From contig OY782391.1 of NCBI GenBank assembly GCA_963677745.1, positions 544,001 to 608,000 on the forward strand: DNA of 64,000 bases. Reading direction: 5' to 3'. This DNA comes from Candidatus Altimarinota bacterium. GTDB taxonomy: Bacteria > Patescibacteriota > Gracilibacteria > UBA1369. This document shows, piece after piece, positions 58,585 to 64,000 of this stretch. The notes below the pieces were generated by a model. It searched no databases. It saw nothing but the letters and a program-made list of their open reading frames with translations, and had not been told where the DNA came from. Each line of letters begins with the position of its first letter. The first letter of the stretch is position 1. A program made the translations under genes and the position numbers.

Positions 58585-59208
58585 TCACCCGCCCAGAAAA
58601 AGTACCATTTTTGTCACAACCACCAGCCAGCCGATCAGCCAGTTGAGAATCGAAAAGCCAAAATATTTGGACAGGATAAAATTATCGACAATCAGAAATA
58701 CCAGAAAATAGACACCGGCGTTGGCCAGATAATACTGATAATGATGCTGCCAGCGGCGCGGAATCAACAGCTGCAGAAATTTGGAACCGTCCAGCGGCGG
58801 CACGGGCAGGATGTTAAAGGCAAACAGCGCCACTGAAATATCGAAAATCGTTCCCAGAAAAAGAGCCAGTTCCGGATTCAGGTACTGGCTGAAATATTTA
58901 ATCGGCAAAAGCACCACCACTGCAATCAGCAGATTCATCAGCGGCCCGGCCGCCGCTACCAGTGCCTCATAGGCCAGCGGTTTTTTAAAATAAGCCCTGT
59001 TCACGGGCACCGGTTTGCCCCACCCGATACCCACCAGAAACATCAGAATAGTTCCCATCGGATCAAGATGCTTCAGGGGATTCAGCGAAACTCTGCCCTC
59101 ATGGCGGGCTGTCGGATCGCCCAGGGCACTCGCCACATAGGCATGGGCAAATTCATGAAGAGTAATTACCAGCAGCAGGGCAAAAACAATATAAAGAAAT
59201 TGCAGCAT
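58585..59208 (-). CDS. Site-2 protease (M50 family, YwhC-like)
   Basis: HEFAH, GDPTA, GWGKPVPVN, AAGP, NILPVPPLDG. Confidence 0.93.
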   Translation of the reverse strand: MLQFLYIVFALLLVITLHEFAHAYVASALGDPTARHEGRVSLNPLKHLDPMGTILMFLVGIGWGKPVPVNRAYFKKPLAYEALVAAAGPLMNLLIAVVVLLPIKYFSQYLNPELALFLGTIFDISVALFAFNILPVPPLDGSKFLQLLIPRRWQHHYQYYLANAGVYFLVFLIVDNFILSKYFGFSILNWLIGWLVVVTKMVLFLGG

Positions 59209-59226
59209 AACGTCCGTTTTTAAATC

Positions 59227-60171
59227 CTAAAAAAGTTTCTTGCGCAAAAAGAATACCACCAGCGACATTGTCAGAAAAAGCGATATTACCATAACTATCT
59301 CAAAAGCCCTTTCATGTCCCTGAAAAGGCAAAACCAGATTCATTCCGTAAACACTCGCCACCAGCGTCGGCATCATCAAAATTATGGAAAAAGTAGTCAG
59401 AAACTTTACGTTGGCATTCAGTTTGTTGGAAATCAGATTGGAAAAAGTTCCGATGGTGGAATGCAAAATTTTATTATGAATCTTCACAGCTTCCAGCGCC
59501 TGCTGATTTTCATCCATCAAATCCTCGCACAAATCGGCATCTTCCTCATTGGCATGGAACTGAGGCTTCTTTGTCACCTTAAGATAAATAATATGGTTGG
59601 CCTGCAAATAACCGGAAAAGTAGGATAAAGCCTTGCCGAACTCCATCATGCCCAGAATATCTTTATCACTGGGGCTGTGCTCGAACTTTTCATGGATCCG
59701 GTTGATGCCATAAGTCAATTGTTTCAGGTAGGTCAGATAAAACTTGGAAGTGAAAAGCATCAGTTTCAGAATAAACTGGGGGCGTCTGTCAGTTTGTACG
59801 ATTTTATTAATTTTAATATTATCCAGCTTCCGTTTGAGATAATCGACCACGTCATTCTTCCCGAAATGCAGGGTCACCAGATAATCACTGTTATATAGTA
59901 TACCCAGTGGCATGGTTTTATAGACCGGTTTGACAGGATCTATCACTACCGGTGTCTGCAATACCAGAAAGTTATAATCGTCCAGTTTTTCCAGTTTCGG
60001 AACTTCCTCCGCATCATCGACGGAAACCAGTACCTCCTCAGTGATTTCAATAAAAGATTTTAATTTTTTGACGTCTTCCTCAGTGGGATCAACCACATCG
60101 ATCCAGCAGTCCCGTTGGGGTTTTTTCAATTCCACAACGGATTTCTCCCCGATTTTAAATATTTTGTACAT
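59227..60171 (-). CDS. corA: CorA-family Mg2+ transporter
   Basis: WIDVVDP; PTLVASVYGMN between two C-terminal TM helices. Confidence 0.92.
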   Translation of the reverse strand: MYKIFKIGEKSVVELKKPQRDCWIDVVDPTEEDVKKLKSFIEITEEVLVSVDDAEEVPKLEKLDDYNFLVLQTPVVIDPVKPVYKTMPLGILYNSDYLVTLHFGKNDVVDYLKRKLDNIKINKIVQTDRRPQFILKLMLFTSKFYLTYLKQLTYGINRIHEKFEHSPSDKDILGMMEFGKALSYFSGYLQANHIIYLKVTKKPQFHANEEDADLCEDLMDENQQALEAVKIHNKILHSTIGTFSNLISNKLNANVKFLTTFSIILMMPTLVASVYGMNLVLPFQGHERAFEIVMVISLFLTMSLVVFFLRKKLF

Positions 60172-60328
60172 ATTTTCGATAATTTCTAGTGGAATCCGAT
60201 TTTCAGCTTACGCTTTCACCTTCCGGCCTGGCAACCATACTGTAGGTCCATACCGCAAAAAAAGTTGCAATTATCGGATTTAATGCTAATATTCCCCTGC
60301 TTTAACCTGCAATTCTAACGCCACCCCT

Positions 60329-60583
60329 ATGTCAAAGGTCTGTCAGCTTTCGGGCAAAAAACAATCCACCGGCTATAATGTTTCTCATTCCAACCGCCAC
60401 ACCAAGAGAACTTTTGCCGTCAACGTAACCAAGAGATCGGTTATTGATCCTTTCAGCGGAACCAAACTGAAAATCCGCGTATCCACCCGCGCCCTGCGCA
60501 CACTCCTGAAAAACCCGGCTAAATACCGTGCGGAACTGGCTGCCCTCAGCAAAAAGCAGGCTAAAAAGACGGCCAAAAAGTAA
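60329..60583 (+). CDS. rpmB: 50S ribosomal protein L28 (non-zinc-ribbon form)
   Basis: MSKVCQLSGK..GYNVSHSNRHTKRTF..N..VSTRALRT. Confidence 0.96.
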   Translation: MSKVCQLSGKKQSTGYNVSHSNRHTKRTFAVNVTKRSVIDPFSGTKLKIRVSTRALRTLLKNPAKYRAELAALSKKQAKKTAKK

Positions 60584-60672
60584 ATTGCATTATTTACACT
60601 TTTACTTTAATCTGAGCCCTGCCGGTTTTGATGTGACCGTCCACGAACATCAGCCCTCAGCAAACAATCAAT

Positions 60673-60762
60673 GGAGAGATCGCATAGTGGTCGAGTGCGC
60701 CCGCTTGGAAGGCGGGTAACGTCGAAAGGCGTTCGAGGGTTCGAATCCCTCTCTCTCCGCCA
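60673..60762 (+). tRNA. tRNA-Ser(GGA)
   Basis: GGAGAGA acceptor, anticodon arm CCCGC-TTGGAAG-GCGGG, long variable arm, GGTTCGAATCC, GCCA end. Confidence 0.96.
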
Positions 60763-60868
60763 TTGAGCAGTAAAAATTTCAGTATATCTATGCTGGAATT
60801 CCCCTGCTTTTTCAAAAAATTCTCAACCGGCCACCCTAAAAAAAACAAAACGTCAAAAAATAAAACCC

Positions 60869-61549
60869 ATGAAAAAAATAAAAGTCCGTCTTAATCCATA
60901 TTTACTGATCATTCTCGGAATATTTTTACTGACCCTGGTTATCGGAGCTTATTTTTCCCCCTACCTGCCGGAATTCATGCCTGTTCAATGGGGAATTACC
61001 GGGGCATCGGACCGCTACATCAGCAAAATGTACGTTCTGAGCTTCATACCGGTAATTTCTTTGGTCATGCTGATCGTCTATCTGATCATTCCCAGAATAC
61101 CGGTCATGAATACCAACCTTGATCAATTCCGCAAACAGTATGACATCTTCTGGATCGTAATGTTTGCTTTCTTCTTCTACATGTATCTACTGACCATTCT
61201 CTGGAGCCTTAATGTCGAATTCAACCTGATACAGTTACTGGCTCCCGCCTTTTCCTTAACCTTGATCATAATCGGATTCCTGATTGAGCAGTCCAGACAA
61301 AACCCGCTGATCGGCATTCAAACCCCCTGGACGGTCGGCAATGAAAAAGTTTGGGAAAAATCCCATCAACTGGGAGCCCTGATTTTCAAAATAATCAGCC
61401 TGATCCCTCTGTTCGCCATTATATTTCCGGATCAGGCAATTTGGTTTGTGCTGATCCCGGTGCTGATCATTATCGTTTACAGTCTGATTTATTTTTACCT
61501 GGTTTTTGATCAGAGCCGCAAGAAAAAAAAGAGCAGAAAAACTGCTTGA
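60869..61549 (+). CDS. SdpI/DUF1648 family membrane immunity protein
   Basis: LPEFMPVQWG..G..DRY; QNPLIGIQTPWT..EKVWEKSH. Confidence 0.88.
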   Translation: MKKIKVRLNPYLLIILGIFLLTLVIGAYFSPYLPEFMPVQWGITGASDRYISKMYVLSFIPVISLVMLIVYLIIPRIPVMNTNLDQFRKQYDIFWIVMFAFFFYMYLLTILWSLNVEFNLIQLLAPAFSLTLIIIGFLIEQSRQNPLIGIQTPWTVGNEKVWEKSHQLGALIFKIISLIPLFAIIFPDQAIWFVLIPVLIIIVYSLIYFYLVFDQSRKKKKSRKTA

Positions 61550-61658
61550 CCCAGCGGAAAAATCACCATAATATCCGCACGAGTGTCAGTCACCATTTTC
61601 CGGTTAATTCTCGGCAGGTGTTGGCCCCGACACTTGCCATTTGAAAGCGAGGAAAGAA

Positions 61659-62741
61659 ATGACCCCCAACGGCAACCAGCAATTACTATCCAATGGTGTC
61701 ATCAGGCTCCCCATGAGTGATTTTGCGGAGGAGATCCTGAAGGACCCCACAACCACCTTCATGACTGCCGAATGGATTGCTGTCCCTTTTCAGGACAAGA
61801 CCCCTTACGGCAGAGTCCATGTCTTGCCTTTCATGGAAGACCGGCCGCCGCTGTCCCCTCAGGACACGATGGCCTTCACCAGAAAGTTCATCGTTTTCGG
61901 AAACCAGACCGGACAGAATGGAGAACCAACCGTAAGCACGCTGGCAATTACCACTTCCCACATCGACCCGCAACTGCTGGCACTGGTCACGCAGAAGATG
62001 CAACAGTCCCGACCACATCTGCCTGCAGACCATCATTTTCGCTGGCACATGTCGGGTCCCGAACCTCCCTCCAACGGGACAGCAGGCAAGATCCACTGTT
62101 ACCTGACCCATCAGGATCTTCACCCGCTGATCATAGAACCGGACGGACTGGACGGAGATCTGGCGGATCTGCAAGTGATCTACCAGCCCGACCAGTACGT
62201 CCTGCACTTCCTGACCAAGCGCGGCACGGTCTACGAGAGCGAACTGACTCCGGCCATGCTCCGCGAACGCAAGAGTCAGTCCCGCCTGAAGGAAGCCCTC
62301 CCCTGCCGGCTGGTGTTCAAGGACGCGCGCTGTGTACTGACGGTCTACCGGCCCGAGAACGTGATTCGGATCGTTCCGTTCTATGGCACGGCACATGGCA
62401 TTGTCAGTCTGAACAACTCCCTGCTCGGAACGGAGAACCTGCCCATTCAGACCATGACCGTGGACAGCGTGGAACCGAGGATCTATTGTCTGACCGACAA
62501 CGGCCGCATCTACGGCGTCCGTACCAACAACGATTTCACGCCGAAAGCCCGTCATTCCCTGACCCTGATCGACACCATTCCTCCCGAGGAAGTGCCGGGC
62601 ACGCAACTTCTGGCCGGGCCCAACATCACCAAGGACGGCAAGCCCGCCCTGCTGATCGCTCGCTGGGAGAAAGGTCCCCAGCCCAAACTGGTGATCTATC
62701 ACCGCAAGGTGATTCCGCTGCCCAAGCCTCTGGTGCCCTGA
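61659..62741 (+). CDS. Hypothetical protein, GC-rich, beta-rich C-terminus
   Basis: GAGGA RBS before ATG 61659; TTGACC..TATAAT promoter-like sequence upstream; visibly higher GC than flanks. Confidence 0.65.
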   Translation: MTPNGNQQLLSNGVIRLPMSDFAEEILKDPTTTFMTAEWIAVPFQDKTPYGRVHVLPFMEDRPPLSPQDTMAFTRKFIVFGNQTGQNGEPTVSTLAITTSHIDPQLLALVTQKMQQSRPHLPADHHFRWHMSGPEPPSNGTAGKIHCYLTHQDLHPLIIEPDGLDGDLADLQVIYQPDQYVLHFLTKRGTVYESELTPAMLRERKSQSRLKEALPCRLVFKDARCVLTVYRPENVIRIVPFYGTAHGIVSLNNSLLGTENLPIQTMTVDSVEPRIYCLTDNGRIYGVRTNNDFTPKARHSLTLIDTIPPEEVPGTQLLAGPNITKDGKPALLIARWEKGPQPKLVIYHRKVIPLPKPLVP

Positions 62742-62969
62742 CCGGGAATTCCGGAAGAACCGGCGGTTCAGCCGGCTTCGCGGGACCTGCGGCTTTGATC
62801 AGCCGAAGTCCCTCTTCACCCCTCGTTTTCAACCGTGCGCAAAAGCACCCCCACCGGGGTTGCCGAGCGCCTCCTACCTCCCGGCTAGCGCAAGCTACGC
62901 GGGAGTTCAGGTAAAACAATCATTTGGGGATTGCCCTGCCCCGCCTGACCAAAATTAAAACAATCACTA

Positions 62970-63762
62970 ATGATAAAATTAAAACATCTGGCGGCAACGG
63001 GACTGCTCTTTTTGATGTTACCTCTAACTGCTCTGGCCGATCTGCGATCATTCGCCATGGATGAAGCCATCCAGCTGCCGATGCCGCTGACCGACATTTC
63101 GCTTTCCCATACCAACTACCGGGCCATCGCCGTTGCTATCGACGACGAAATTATCAAAGGCTATCCCGACAACACTTTCAAACCTGATAAAGTAGTCAAC
63201 CGCGCCGAGCTGATGAAAATGGTTGCCATCGCCTATGTCCAGTTCACCCCGGGAGCGATTCTCAGCATGGTCGATGGAAGAACTCTCGAACCGGTACCCC
63301 TCTTTGATGACCCCAAATACCTGTTTCCGTGACCACGGAATGGTTTGCCCCCTACATCTGTTTTGCCAAGGAAAAAGGATGGGTGGAAGGTTATGCCGCG
63401 CACTTTCAAAGCGTTAACGCGTGGAAGCGCAAAAAATGATTCACGCCCTGCTCCTGAATGAAGAGTGGCCAACTCCGACCGATGCCGAAAAAGCCCTGCC
63501 CATGCCCAGCGATGCCGACATGAATCAATGGTATGCTCCCTATCTCCGCTTCAGCATCGTCAAGGAATTACTGGATGGACAACATGTTACCCAAAACGCC
63601 GATCAGTCCTATTATTACAAACCGGCCGACGGCATGACCCGCAAGGAAGTCGCGGAGATGATTTTCCGCACAGAGTTATACAGTCTGGAACGGCCCACCT
63701 ATGCGGAGATTTATGCCAAACAATCATTTGGGGTACAAATTAAAATTGCCCTGCCCCGCTAA
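62970..63762 (+). pseudogene. SLH-domain secreted protein interrupted by multiple small deletions (true pseudogene or assembly error)
   Basis: SLH1 (GYPDNTFKPDKVVNRAE) and SLH3 (QWYAPY..YKPADGMTRKE) are intact; SLH2 fragments (CF, VTTEWFAPYICFAKEKGWVEGY, TFK, SVN, VEAQKM) are spread over all three frames at 63320-63425. Confidence 0.75.
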
Positions 63763-63829
63763 AATAGCTATATTCCAAACAGACCAAAATTAAAACAACT
63801 CTTTTTTGCGTGTCTTAAGGGATTAGGCT

Positions 63830-64000
63830 ATGAGCTCAATCATCGAACTGGAAAACACCATCAAAAAACTGGCACCCGCAGAGCGCCAATTATTCGAGTC
63901 CATTCTGGATATCAATGTTTCGAAAGGACACCTTTTTCTGCCGAAAACTTTCGAGGATAAAGCAATCACTTATTTTGCCAACAGCAGCCGGGAACCAGCC
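63830..64000 (+). CDS. Hypothetical protein, partial (runs off the window)
   Basis: ATG after a GGGA RBS-like sequence; open to the window end (MSSIIELENTIKKL...). Confidence 0.55.
   Translation, partial: MSSIIELENTIKKLAPAERQLFESILDINVSKGHLFLPKTFEDKAITYFANSSREPA

Noticed and set aside
60205-60240. SRP (4.5S) RNA-like CAGG-CCGGAAGG on the minus strand
   Set aside because: It lacks the conserved AGCAG 3' side of the symmetric loop and sits in the corA leader
61686-62914. Alternative-frame ORFs of 338 aa (-) and 380 aa (+)
   Set aside because: The + ORF has Arg/Pro/Ser-rich off-frame composition and the - ORF is an antisense shadow; both are by-products of high GC
1-64000. Prophage, or alternative genetic code 25
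   Set aside because: No phage structural or integrase genes; conserved genes are full length under code 11 and several end at TGA

Overview
Bacterial chromosomal window that uses genetic code 11 (TGA acts as a stop). It most likely comes from a CPR/Patescibacteria genome of the Peregrinibacteria type. That is an inference from the large SLH surface proteins, the DUF222-like HNH protein, the many orphan lipoproteins and the salvage/fermentation genes. Recognisable core genes are nrdB-nrdA (with tandem NrdR boxes), ldh, polX, cysS, upp, glutaredoxin, lgt, corA, rpmB, a UvrD helicase-nuclease, tRNA-Thr(GGT), tRNA-Ser(GGA) and a compact 6S RNA. I saw no CRISPR array, transposase, integrase, reverse transcriptase or phage structural gene. 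The strongest candidate for a novel system is a head-to-head gene pair at 28.8-30.5 kb: a T4-gp42-like dNMP hydroxymethylase with a dUMP-type Asn, and a 5-hmdU DNA kinase (aGPT-Pplase1)-like protein. Together they would form a phage-type thymine-hypermodification core in a non-prophage chromosomal setting rich in nucleotide enzymes. Other notable items: a cohesin+dockerin surface module with a possible membrane anchor; an ECF sigma promoter motif readable from the DNA; a 33-bp degenerate direct repeat near tRNA-Thr; a ParB/Srx-HD gene pair; a PolX with a dead PHP domain; a divergent ClpP-like protein; and an SLH gene broken by clustered indels. All family calls come from motif recognition by eye, not from database searches.
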